A stretch of 59,324 nt of DNA, filler included, from Sphacelaria rigidula (taxonomy: Eukaryota): the NCBI GenBank assembly GCA_964200075.2. It is 6 parts of 6 records of this genome, joined end to end, with 100 filler letters (N's around TTAATTAATTAA, not from the genome) between each part and the next. Parts side by side here need not be neighbours in the genome. Positions count along the whole stretch, not along the records: positions 1 to 9,805 come from CAXNAA020007721.1; positions 9,906 to 19,710 come from CAXNAA020007722.1; 4 more parts are not named here. The stretch is one strand, 5' to 3'. The notes under the pieces are model-generated. The model was not told the origin of the DNA. It ran no database searches and saw nothing but the letters and a program-made list of their open reading frames with translations. How positions within the stretch are numbered: the first letter of the stretch is position 1; each line of letters begins with the position of its first letter. This document shows, in pieces, positions 1-11,372 of the stretch. The position numbers were made by a program, and so were the translations under genes.

Positions 1-343
1 CTCCTAGTATAGCCATCGTTTTCTGCCTAATGTCTAATGCATCAAACGATTCCATGCCACTTTTCGGGTGAGAGAGGGGGGGGGGGAGGCAGGAAGGCAG
101 AGCAGTCGATAAGTGAGACATCAGTACGAAATATACATGAAAAACGCAAACTCTTTAAGTGCAGACGAGCACAGGAAATGATACAGTGGGCACGAGTTTG
201 GCATGCTCAGAACAATATGTTTTGTACCGGTCAATGCATGAAAACAACAAAGAAGCTCGTTCTGTTCGTGTCGACTGTGTTGGCAAGTAGTAGGTGGTGT
301 TTTGTATGTATGGCGAGAGAATCATTCCACCCGCCGAGCTGAC

Positions 344-2911
344 CTCACAGCAGCAAGTATTTTGATGAACATGGTTATCAATATCGCCATGTCATCTTTC
401 GAGGGTGAGGGGGTAAGGAAGAGCTTTGGTAGGAATTCCAGTCGATCAGGTGGGATAGATACGCTCACGGCCAGGAGGTGCGCTGAAGACCATGGTTCGG
501 AGAAAGTTGAAGACTTTTTCAGCTACTTGATATTTTTGCGCCAAAGCCTGAACACGTTCATCGACGAGGGAAAATGGCCATTTTTTCTTAAGGCCACGAG
601 AAGAAGATCGCGACCGTGTGCGCACGAGTGTTTCCAAACAACTTGAAATAGAATATACAAGAACCATTCAGTAGTCAGCAAGCGTCTGGAAGTGCTCTGT
701 GAGTTGTGGTGTACACTATGTCGACGAGAATACAGTTACAGCACTCCATCTTCATATGCACTTCCGGTGAGGAGAAATGCGGGGCTCCAGACTGAAGACG
801 AGTTACACCCTGAATATCTAGATCGAGGGCAAAATATGCTCAATGAAGGTAGAGCATAATCATTTGATGTCCAAACCTGGAGGGTGATCGGCGCTGGTGT
901 GCGCCGAAGTGCTTGCAAGAGCACTCGGAGTTCCTTTGCGGTCGGGCACCTTTGCTCTTCTCGCACACCTGCGTAAGCGATCGGCTGGAGGAGTGAAGAC
1001 GGGGGATTGAAAGCGAGAGGAGCGGGGAGGGAGGTTCGGAGTGGCTGGCAACAACAAAAAAACTCCCAAGAGCGGGTGGGATACTGATGTTCTATTTGCT
1101 TATGCTACTAGAGCGCCGACCACGTGTTTTCGAGCGAACAGAGAAAGGAAGGGGAGGGGGAGTAGGGACTATTTTTTGGCACTAGCAGTCATCTCTGTAA
1201 CAATCCCCACACACGTGGACTGTGATATACCGCGCGGACTATTTTTCACGGGTCGGACGAATGAATGACTCGTCTAAAAATTACTTGATTTTAGTTTGAT
1301 TGATTCGTACCGTACGAATCAACCCTTGGGCTTTGCTTTCAGCGTTGCAACCCAGGTACGCGCAGCCCAGACATGCGGAATGGCGCGAACGTTGCCTGGA
1401 AACCTTTTTGACCAGCGTACGACGTATTTTCTCTCTTTCGAGCAAGCAGGCCTGAAAAATCGTGGATTTGGTGATTCGAACCGGCGATGATTCGTCCGAA
1501 CCGTGCTATTTTACCAGACATACAACAGACATGACCAAACTAAAACTTTACTACGATTAACTCCATGCATTTTATCTCGACTGCTTTTTTTCAAATTTGA
1601 TGAAAGACTCAAGGGCACAAAATCAACGTGATGAGGAGTAAAACGTATCATGAATCTAGTAGCTGTGCCACATTTGCTGTGTACTTGCGCTGCCGAAATA
1701 GTAGCACTCTGAATGCATGATTATGATGAAGTGCCGAGTTCATCTTCCGAACTTTGAAAATTGCGTTTCGGGGCAAAATTTCAAGTCTTGGTGTCGAAGT
1801 CGGCACATCAGTAGTCAACACTGCACTCTTTGATGATGTTTTCGAAACAAGCAGTGAGACAATCGACCGACACATATCAAGCGCCTGAGCGCTCATGTCG
1901 ATGCTGCAATAAAGAGTAGTAAACCTGGTTTGATTATCATGCGGGAAAAGAGGATCCTGATGAATGAGGTTGAAAAAAAATGGTTTTCAACTCCGAAGCC
2001 AGTACTTTTGCTGACCCAAAGTCATGAAAAATTACTTTCATATGAACGACCTCACACCTCCCGACCTCCCTGAAACTGTTTTTGAGGGGTTTCCCGTCTT
2101 CTATTCCCCCGAAGGGTTTGTGCGAAAACAAATATTTTCCTCGATTTCAGGGTGAAGAGAGCCGCTTTCAAGCCCGAAAATTACGATTCTGCACATACCC
2201 CTTGGGAGAAAGGAAGACGGGACACCTCCGAAGATAGTTTGAGGGAGGTCGGGGAGCATGAGGTCATCCATATGAAAGTCATTTGTCATTATCTTGGGTC
2301 AGGCAAAGCACTGTTTTGAAGTTGAAACTTATGTTTAAGTCAAACCCCATTTCTCAGGATCCTCTGTTTAGGGTTTGATTTATCACGTACAGGGTACGTG
2401 ATGAGATCACTAAAATCGCACACTCAAGAACGACGCGGGAGTCGACACCAATCTCTCGGACAAGATGACGCAGGACTAACAACGCGGATATGTTTACACC
2501 GGCGTGATTCAACCAGTCTCTCCCTGGCACAAGGAAATAATTTTGCTTCTGTTCACCACACAGAAAGAAGGTGGAGAAAAATAACAAAACGAAAAAAAAA
2601 ATCCTGTGGTGGCCTTCATCCTGTGTGACTCCGGTTGATGCGCCCACGTATACAGAAAGGTATAGACTGGCGTCCAGGATAGATTAGATGGCAGCACAAC
2701 AACAACAACAACTACTACTACAACTATAGCGACAGCGACAGCAACAGTGACAGCAACGACAACAGCAACAGCAACAACAACAACGCGTTTTAGCGATAGT
2801 GCTCAATGTAAGAAGAGGGGTCGACTCCCTGTATAACACGTACCGACTCTCTACAATCGCACGCGAGCACGATGGATTGACCGATTGATCACGAAGGAGA
2901 CCATTTGAGTC

Positions 2912-2946
<35 letters not shown>

Positions 2947-5900
2947 GTGCGATATATTTCTGCAACATTGAGTCCTGGGCGGTTTGCACCTGTCACATAG
3001 AACATAGTCTACAGTCTCATCGCTGTACAACCCTGAGGGGAAGAGATTCAGCAATCCTGGAAAAGCGTACAGGAGAGCCCAAACCCCTGCTGATGCCGAC
3101 TGAGCCGAGACAAGAGCACAGCACCTTGTAGAGTATTCTTTACAGAGCTGCACTCAAACACCGGTGTATAGGTAGTTGTTGTTTTTTGCTCTGTCCTACC
3201 TATGTGTGTATGCATCTTTGAGAACGCTTCACTTCGTTCAATGGTTTTGGCATGACGTACTCGTACAGTACAGCTCCCGCACTCTTTCTGGTCAAGGATT
3301 ATTCGTATACACCGATGAAATCACCAGAGGGGGACTCACCATGATGAACGACGCGCCTGGAGCGACCAAATGGCTGTCCTCGCTGGTGTTGTTGGTGCTA
3401 TGGTTGACCTTGTTCGTTGTGTGCCGTCTTTCGTGACAACCGCAAGGCTTCTTGTTTCTCAGAAGAAGATGGACGGCGGGTGGTGCTACTGTCTCGTGAG
3501 CGACTAGTGTAGAAAGTGCGTCATTAGGTCGATGATAGGTTGATGAGCTCTCTCTTCCGCGCTAGTGGAGATTACGGCGAGATTGCCGTCTTATCGCTGT
3601 TGAGGAGTGAGTGACAGCCGTTCGGGTACTAGTGCTGCGGAGATGTCCGTTATCTTGGTTGATGCCGAGATAGATCTCCTGGCGGTTTCAACCAATACAC
3701 GCAACACAAGCGTAGCTGCTGTATCTAATACTTCGAGATAGGGTCAGCTATTTTGTGTGTGGTGGGGTGCGGGTGGTCGATCCATGCTTCGGAAGCGAAT
3801 ACATTCCCTTTGTGGTGCTGCTGCGAATAAAATCATACGCGTGACGAGAAATAACGTCAAGTCTCGAAACACTCAAAGATCTGGTGTGAAAATGTTACTA
3901 CCGTACACTTGTGTACACAACCTTCGCTGTACATCTCACGATACGTTGCTGCGATGTTTGGCCTTATCGTACTGCAACCATGTATGTGTACTAGAACATT
4001 TTATGGGTCTGCGGTATTCAAGAACCATGCCAAGTAAATACGAGTCTGCCATGTCCTACATGTACTGTGCGGCGGACTTGGGTGTACAGAAGCCTTCTTC
4101 GTGCCCAATAGCTAGTACGAGTATCAGGAGGATTTCAGTGATAAGCGGCGCAATCACCGACGGTTGGGTTGCCGCTGGTACTTATGTTGTATATCTCATA
4201 TCTCGTATCTCATATGTCAGTATCTTGATGCAGGGAGATGCGCGTTGTTGTCACCTTCATCGCCTGTGATCACGGCATACCTCGCTGTTTTCTTGGCCAC
4301 GAAGGCACATGGACCCGACTTCCTTTATCTGTGTGGAAATTTTGCTAGAACGTGACAACAGTGCTCGTGTGTACGAAAAGCATTCTGCGTCTGATCTGTC
4401 AAGTTTCTGCGTCCGAGTCGGAATCAGTTTGACCATTACACTACTACAGACGATGGTGTACTCTGTTATAGTTGCGCTCATCACTTACTCTTTCGTGGGC
4501 TATATCATGGTCGTGTGAACAGATACCCAACATCATGTATGATCGATTGGCGTACACCTGAGCTGCGCAGTAGAATTTTCACGTAGGCTGAGCGAAAAGT
4601 CACAAACTTGTGGGCTATCCTCCACCGGAGCAATCATGCACTGCCCCAAAACTGGCAGGCTGTTCTTGAGGCGTCCCGTTAGCGTCACGTATTTCACCAC
4701 CCCTGAAGAAAAGAGGGTTGGCGTATTTAGAGGCACAAATAAATTATTATCAACCTGTACTCAGCTATACATAATCATTATGACAACGTCCGGCAGCCTG
4801 CATGTAGCTAAGACCCACTTTCATGGCAATCAAACTCGATTTCTTTTCACCCCGATTTTGAAAAAATCGGGGGGACTCAAATTCGTGGAATCAAAGTCGG
4901 GGGGACCGTTTTATGGCACAGACAGTACGAGTCCAATATCACAGATTTATAAAATGCCTCTGTACACAGACAGTCATTTTCTGCCTGAGTGTGTTACTGC
5001 GTTCTCGTGCATGAAGCCGAAGAGTAGGCAGGCAGTAAACAATCCTTCGAGTACAGTGTAGTACCTTGGTATACCCTAGGTTAATACAGAGCAGGACACA
5101 TCAGCACAGTACATGATAATGCTGTGTGGTAGTACATGATGGCACAGCCCGTATTGCGAGAACAGAGAACAAACAGTGCGCGAGCAGAGTTCAGTAGTGC
5201 AGTGCCGTACATCACCCCTCAAGTACAGCGACAACAGCTAGGAGAGTACAGTCGCGTTTGTTAAAGTGATACATATGGCAGCGCAGGGTACGGCGTCAGC
5301 ACTTATTCACCGCTCGTCAAACCCCGTGCGAAGTTGCTTCAGCAGCTGGGATGGGCAGTAGGCACGCCCTGTGCTGTCACTAGACTGTCTCCTGCTGCCG
5401 TTGCAAAAATACCAAACGCCTCGTGCTCTAGCATTGAACCGGTTCAATGCACGTACGTCACCTCGAAAAAATCGGGGGGAGTCACGATCTCGGAACGATT
5501 TCCTCGGATTTTTTCGAAAAATGGGGGAAAATCGTTCCGAGATCGTGACCCCCCGATTTTTTCGCCACCGATTTGGTTCAAGTCCGTGTCCTTAAAATGC
5601 GGTCCCCCGGTTTTTGTGTCCACCGATCATGAAAAAATCGAGATTCGTGCCTGCCATAAAAGTGGGTCTAAAGTAGCGACATTATATCACGGATCGCCAT
5701 ATTTGCCGGTACTAGTGGTGGGTCGTCGAAGCACGCAACACGGAACGTGATCCCATAAACGTAACCATCGTAGGTGATGGGCTTGGAGGGGCGGTGTGCC
5801 CGTCATCTTAACTGTCTCCATCCCAAGAATTTCTGTACACGGTAGCTAACCGCATCCGCCAACGTCTCAGCAAAAAATCAGGGGACAGCAGGCTGGGTTC

Positions 5901-7257
5901 CCCCCACCCCCCTCCTCAAAAACTCGAATTTTCGATCTGGGGACCTACTTATCCCAAGGATTTTTTTAATAGATCCTTGCCACTAGTTATAATCGGAGCG
6001 GCACTTTCCATCATAACCTTGAACACGCGTGCATACGTTCATACACCATTTTCACTCATGAGCAGGCGATCTTGACGACCTATATATCATCACGCAACTC
6101 GTCGAACCAAAAATTGCGACTCGTGGTTGCTTTTCATTTTACTCTTCTTATTGAAAGCCCAGGACTAGTTTTGGTATCTCGTATGGCGGGCTCCGGTCGA
6201 ACATCCAAGATGTGGAATGTAGGAAATTCAGGGAGAAAATGAGCGGCCTTCTCTCGCTTCCAAGACTAGAAAAAGCCAAAGCGGTACTCTACTAGAATTT
6301 TCCTTGATGGAACATCGGACTGGTTCGAACACAAGCTGGGAAATGTCGTCAGAATGAGCCTGAGATAGCCTCGGACTAAAACATATACGGGGCTGACCAT
6401 GGCTGCAATGCTGCTGCACCGTACCCCGACCACACACAAACCGCCTTTGTCTTCCTTCACACCGTGCGCGCACGTTGAATATGGCTGGGGGTGCCGTATT
6501 GCACCCTACGTTATCATCTTCCTCCACAACAGTTAAATCGGTCTGTTCAAAATCACGCCACAATTGAACCCCACCCGTGAACACAACATACCGCAACCGC
6601 GAGAAGTCATGCATCGTATTATACACCCACAGACCAAGTATGGTGAAATGAATCGTATTATACAACCATGTCATGGTGGCCCATCAATTGATCAACCGTC
6701 TCAGCTAAGGTGGCGCACCCCGCGTGCGCATTTTTTACACGTTGACGGAAGAACACAAGGAAAAGCCGTTGGAGCGTGGCAGACGATACAACATCATTTT
6801 TGGTCCATGATCTTTACTGTCAACATGACCCCCCCCCTCCCTCCGGTCAGCACTTCTATTCCAAACCGCTCCACGGTGAGACGCAGAGAGACCCTCAGCT
6901 CACGACCGCTGCAGGAAGATATACCCCCCAAAAAATACATCATCACTGAAAGAAGTATATCCGACGAATACAAAGAACAACCGCAAACACTCGATGTGTT
7001 TGCGAAAAATATCTTCAAATTACAGGTGTCTACTCCTCGTATATACTCATTACTACTGGAACTCATCGTCTCTACGAATAGTGAACTTTTCTTCCTGGAC
7101 CCCTATGCCCTGATGTTATCTGACCTCGTCAGATTTCAATATCCGGTATCACTTGATATCAGTACACTGTGGTGCATGAGAATATAGCTCACTACTACCG
7201 AAAAGAGGCATCCGGAAGATGGAGAAGTAACCCATGAATATATATCTCCATCAACAT
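344..7257 (-). CDS. Multi-exon gene of unknown function running off the left end of contig 1; possible N-terminal C2-like beta domain
   Basis: Manually spliced AG/GT exons with matching phases within each chain: 7199-7257, 6818-6908, 6463-6542; 4558-4702, 4281-4443; 3340-3503, 2990-3147, exon starting 1903; 740-968, 469-641, 344-395. Some linking exons and the 5' exon are uncertain. The C2-like call is pattern inference only (MEIYIHGL..ELRVSLRLTV..VLGQCMI..CDFSLSL..VMVKL). Confidence 0.55.
1949..2365. mobile_element. Palindromic (fold-back) MITE-like element
   Basis: Termini AGAGGATCCTGA...TCAGGATCCTCT; arms stay complementary internally (2035-2100 vs 2213-2280). Confidence 0.7.
2395..2783 (+). 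mobile_element. Non-LTR/SINE-like 3' end with (CAA)n/(CAG)n tail
   Basis: The sequence ends in a CAA/CAG-rich simple-repeat tail (about 2696-2783). The retroposon assignment is inference from this architecture. Confidence 0.35.
4812..5668. mobile_element. PIF/Harbinger-type (Tourist-like) non-autonomous element
   Basis: TIRs GACCCACTTT(C/T)ATGGCA; TAA target-site duplication at 4809-4811 and 5669-5671; subterminal AAAAATCGGGGG repeats. Confidence 0.8.
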
Positions 7258-7412
7258 TCCTATCTAATGCAAAGTCCCCCACAGAATGAAAAATACACAC
7301 GGTATAGTACTAAATAGTGCTGCATTTTTGCGGGGGAGGCGACGACATCCAGTAAACCTCTCGCCGCACCCCACAACGAAAACCACGGCGACCCGCGAAA
7401 CTGGATGAAGAG

Positions 7413-7509
7413 TCAACATCGCTCGAACACCTTGTACAGCCTCTCCAGGCAGGCCAGCTGCATCACCGTGCCGTCTGTCGCGAAGCCCTTCGGAGGCAAC
7501 AGTGCCCAT
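7413..7509 (-). CDS. MLH1: MLH1 mismatch-repair protein, terminal exon
   Basis: CAG acceptor, phase matched to the upstream exon; translates (R)[31 protein letters not shown]. The C-terminal FERC is the diagnostic MLH1 motif. Confidence 0.96.
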
Positions 7510-7689
7510 CTGCCGGGTTGGACGTAAACGGTTCAGATCAGGGATGGGTGTAGTAAATCGTAACTGCAGAAAGCTATTTTTTGGGAAGAGTTTACTCCAG
7601 TCCAGAGCCTTTAGGCCATGGTTGACAACTTGTAACTGAATTTCATTGTAGACCATCACACTCGGATCTTTACAGCACTCCCAGTCCCA

Positions 7690-7880
7690 AGCGCTCGCCA
7701 GCCCAGCGTGTACGCACCGTGCGCAGCACGCGTTCCGGCTCAAACTGGCGCCCGCCTGTGAGACGCCGATTTGAGCCAAAACGAAACACACCTTGCCTAG
7801 AGAACACTCTACATACACCTCCCTCGCCCGAGGGTTCTCAGTATACCTTGCGTTGAGATTCGGGTCAGGGTTAGCATTCT
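7690..7880 (-). repeat. Dispersed repeat in the MLH1 last intron, related to 42785-42970
   Basis: The reverse complement (CTAACCCTGACCC...AGAACCCTCGGGCGAG...CTAGG...TCAAATCGGCG) resembles 42787-42895. Confidence 0.5.
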
Positions 7881-8714
7881 AGGTTTTGACTTGAAAAACA
7901 AGTATGCGTCAATCATCGCTCGTAAACCCGACCGGAATCTCAACCGTTCATTCATGCAGCTAGCTTCCGATCATATGAAAGATGCACGTGTAGAACCATC
8001 GAAGGCGTAAGGTTTCAGCGTATTTTTTGGTATGCCCTATACTGCCAGTCCCCTCCCTCCTCGGTGAGTCTGCCGTACTCTCATGGGACCGACCGATTTC
8101 CCCCCCGGCACCTGCCTTGCAATCCATCATTGAGCAAGCATCGCAGCAGCACTCCCCAAGCCGGTCGATGCTAATGCAAACTCGCATTCCCACGACTTTT
8201 ACCGATGGAAGCCAGTCAAGGCAAAATCGTTGCTGTCGGGATCCGAACCCACTACTGCTACTCCGCCCAAAGTGGCCGATCATGTGCTGCACCAGTGCCA
8301 CCACCAGGGCGCGGCGGCTCTGTATGCAGTATAGCACAGGACTGGGGTTTTGAATATCCGTGCGTCCAATACCATCATCAGCACCGGAACAAGTAACGCG
8401 GCGCTTTCTTTATCCTACACGTCTGCGCTACACGCGTGTGTGTATCTCAATATACGCATACTGAACTATAAATTGATTGTTTTAGGGGGGTTGCTTACAA
8501 GGCGTTCCTTATAGCTCGCACTGTGAAAGCCAAAAAGAGCCCTTAAAGCGCATCCACCGGGGCCGCAAATAGAACCGGTCTCCCCCAGTGCCGACAGTGC
8601 CTGCTTCAAACTACCACCACCTTTGTCAATGCCGACAACAACACCAACAACGACGACGACGAATGAACCAAGCACCAACATCTCCAGAACGTTCCGTTAC
8701 AGTGTAAGACTCAC

Positions 8715-9049
8715 CGAAACGACGGGTACATGACGTGTTGAACTATCGCAGTTGCCTCGGCACAGGCCAATCCCGCATCATCACCCAACACCTTCGAACC
8801 CGCCGCTCCCGCACCAGCCCCCGCCGCCGGCCGCTTGGCCGATCCAGGCTCCACACCACCGTTGCCGCCGTGAGGAATTCCGGATTTTTGCGAGTGTTTT
8901 GGGATGGTTGTAGGGGGGGACGCGGCAGCAGTGTCATCCTGCAGGACTTCGAGTTCGGAATGCTCGGTGCCCTCCGGAAGGGTGCTGTAGTAAAGGGATA
9001 GCTCCGCGGCGATGCCTTCGAAGCACGTGCGTTCTTCCGTCCAGTCCAC
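8715..9049 (-). CDS. MLH1: MLH1, penultimate exon (upstream exons not in this contig)
   Basis: VDWTEERTCFEGIAAELSLYYS...IVQHVMYPSF(R) matches the MLH1 C-terminal domain pattern; CAG acceptor and GTGAGT donor; splices in phase to 7413-7509. Confidence 0.93.
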
Positions 9050-9805
9050 CTGTGCGCCGGTTTACCAGAGAGAGCGCGGGGGGGGGGAAGGGGCCGGCAA
9101 TGTGTAAATGTTTGGAGAAGAGCGCACAGACGTACAGTATGTGTCCCTGCATGTCAGCAAAATATGTTGTGTACTGCTCCAGTCCATCCATTTTAATCCA
9201 GATTTCATAATAAAGTGGATGAAAACGGACGAAACTATGGAAAACAGGTGAAAATGGATGAAAAATAAATCCCGTTAACAATGGCCCGTGGAACCCATTT
9301 CCGTTTCCATGTACACGTACAGTGGATGGTTGCAACGGCTGCTGAGAGAAACGAGAGTGGTATGAAGTAAGTCAGCACGTTTCTTCTTGGCGTCGTGAAA
9401 ACCCGCGCTCCATAACAGTTCGGGCCTTGAGTTTTGAATATCTTGACAACATAATATGTTCATATGACGCCATTGCATAATACTAGTGAAATGAGGTCAC
9501 GCAGGGCTGGGCACCCACCGCACATTGCTGGGACCCTCGATTTGTGTGCAGTAACCTAAGCATCAACGTAGTGCCAAAATAGCCAGAACCCCATCAGCCG
9601 GGAGTTATATCCGAGGGGGCGGAGAGAAGGAGGGTGGTGGTGGTGGTTACTGGGGGGGAGAGGGGGGAGGAGTGTACTCATGGATCATCCATGCCATAGT
9701 CATATAAGACCATTGACCTCGCATCCCTACAAAGCCCAGACGGAGCACGCCGGGTTTTTCACCGGACCGGACTCGCATTCAATCACCAAGGGCGAAGGGC
9801 CGTGA

Positions 9806-9905
9806 NNNNNNNNNNNNNNNNNNNNNNNNNNNNNNNNNNNNNNNNNNNNTTAATTAATTAANNNNNNNNNNNNNNNNNNNNNNNNNNNNNNNNNNNNNNN
9901 NNNNN
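9806..9905. other. Artificial contig spacer
   Basis: N44-TTAATTAATTAA-N44 (stops in all six frames). Confidence 0.99.
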
Positions 9906-11372
9906 GGCGTGTTTTATAGCGTCGTCGCCAACCGACGCCAACCCCATCGGGGGTCCGCCCCTACAAAGCCGGGACGGAGAGCGGGGGTGGGGGGGGTTGA
10001 TTCCACGAAAAGAAGGGACTCATAAGTGTGCCAGACGGCCTATTATACTCGCAGTGCGCTTGTGTTTGGGTAAAAACGGTGGCAAGCCGTATGAACGAAC
10101 GTTATTAAGCGGTAACAAGCACGTTCGAACAACCATTGCTGCTTTCAGCGACTATTTGAAGTGGAATTTCGTGGAAAAAGATGGCCCCGAATCCCCCTCC
10201 TCCCAATCGTGGCATGACTTGATTGATTGCTTGATTGATTGTCGCACTTCAACTGACCCCCCAGGGGTCCAGCTGTGGTCTCATGATAGACGTACTCAAC
10301 AAAGGAAAACGAAACACGCTCTGAGAAAAAAAACTGGAAGACAAAGTATCTGTCAAACGAATCAGCTATCCCAACTTGCGTTGCGGGGGTACAGGAGGCG
10401 TCTATCACGGTGTATGTTACTCGAGGTGATTACACTAGATTTTTGCGTTGACTTCCCCGCGATTGAAGGCTGCATTTCCGTCGCAGCATAATCTTTGGAG
10501 CTACTTCGTCGAGATTTTTCGGCGTTCCGGCTTTTTCACCCAGAGCGGTGTCTTGTTTATTGTAGGAGAATCTAGGTTAAAAGTGTTGTCGCCCCTGGCG
10601 ATATGCTATATGACCTTAGGTGGGCGACGTGGTTGAGCATGGTATCACTTCTCCAGCCATCACCCCCGCCTCACCCCCCTACCGGCTGCCTAAAGGACTT
10701 GATAGCATCCCATGTCGCTAACCATGCTGTCACCCCAACATGCTTCATGTGGCACACTCTCTCCTGCCCGCCTACTCGACTATGTCAGTCCACGTGCTAA
10801 GCACGTTGACAGCTTCCCCTGTTATCACCCCTTCGCCAATGGGCAAGGTGGCAATTGCCGAAATATCTTGCCCCCGCGTGGGATCACCTCATCTCCGGAG
10901 CCACCTTGATCACCACCCTGTCAAAATAACACCGGCGGATGATGCGTATAACCTACTCTAGTCCGGATATGATACGATGCTAGTGATAAAGGGATTATGT
11001 ATACAGTAGAGACAAACAGACCCAAGCTTCCTAAACTTGACATTTGGTGGGTGGAGGTGGTTTTCAGCGAACGTTTCGAGTCCCTGAGCGGATGTGATGA
11101 TTTTGCAGGTGGCGACACAAACAAGCTATGGGCAGCAATTGCGTCTGTGACTACTCGCAGCCACCCCAACTTTCGCAGATTCTAATTAGCAGACCTATGG
11201 TCTATTGTGGATACCAATGACTACCCCATGAATGACCCATGGGTCACGCCAAGGAGTGTACCCCCTGGACATTTTCGGGTTCATTATACTGCACTAGGGA
11301 CAAGTGAGCAGAAACGAAGCCTTCCGTTCCCATCGCGATTCGACCTCGTTCCGCTGCTCGCGTCACATGCAG

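Noticed and set aside
4230..4518. Plus-strand ORF resembling an ABCG transporter membrane segment
   Set aside because: It is antisense to a phase-matched minus-strand exon (4281-4443) with good splice sites; the resemblance is weak and frameshifted.
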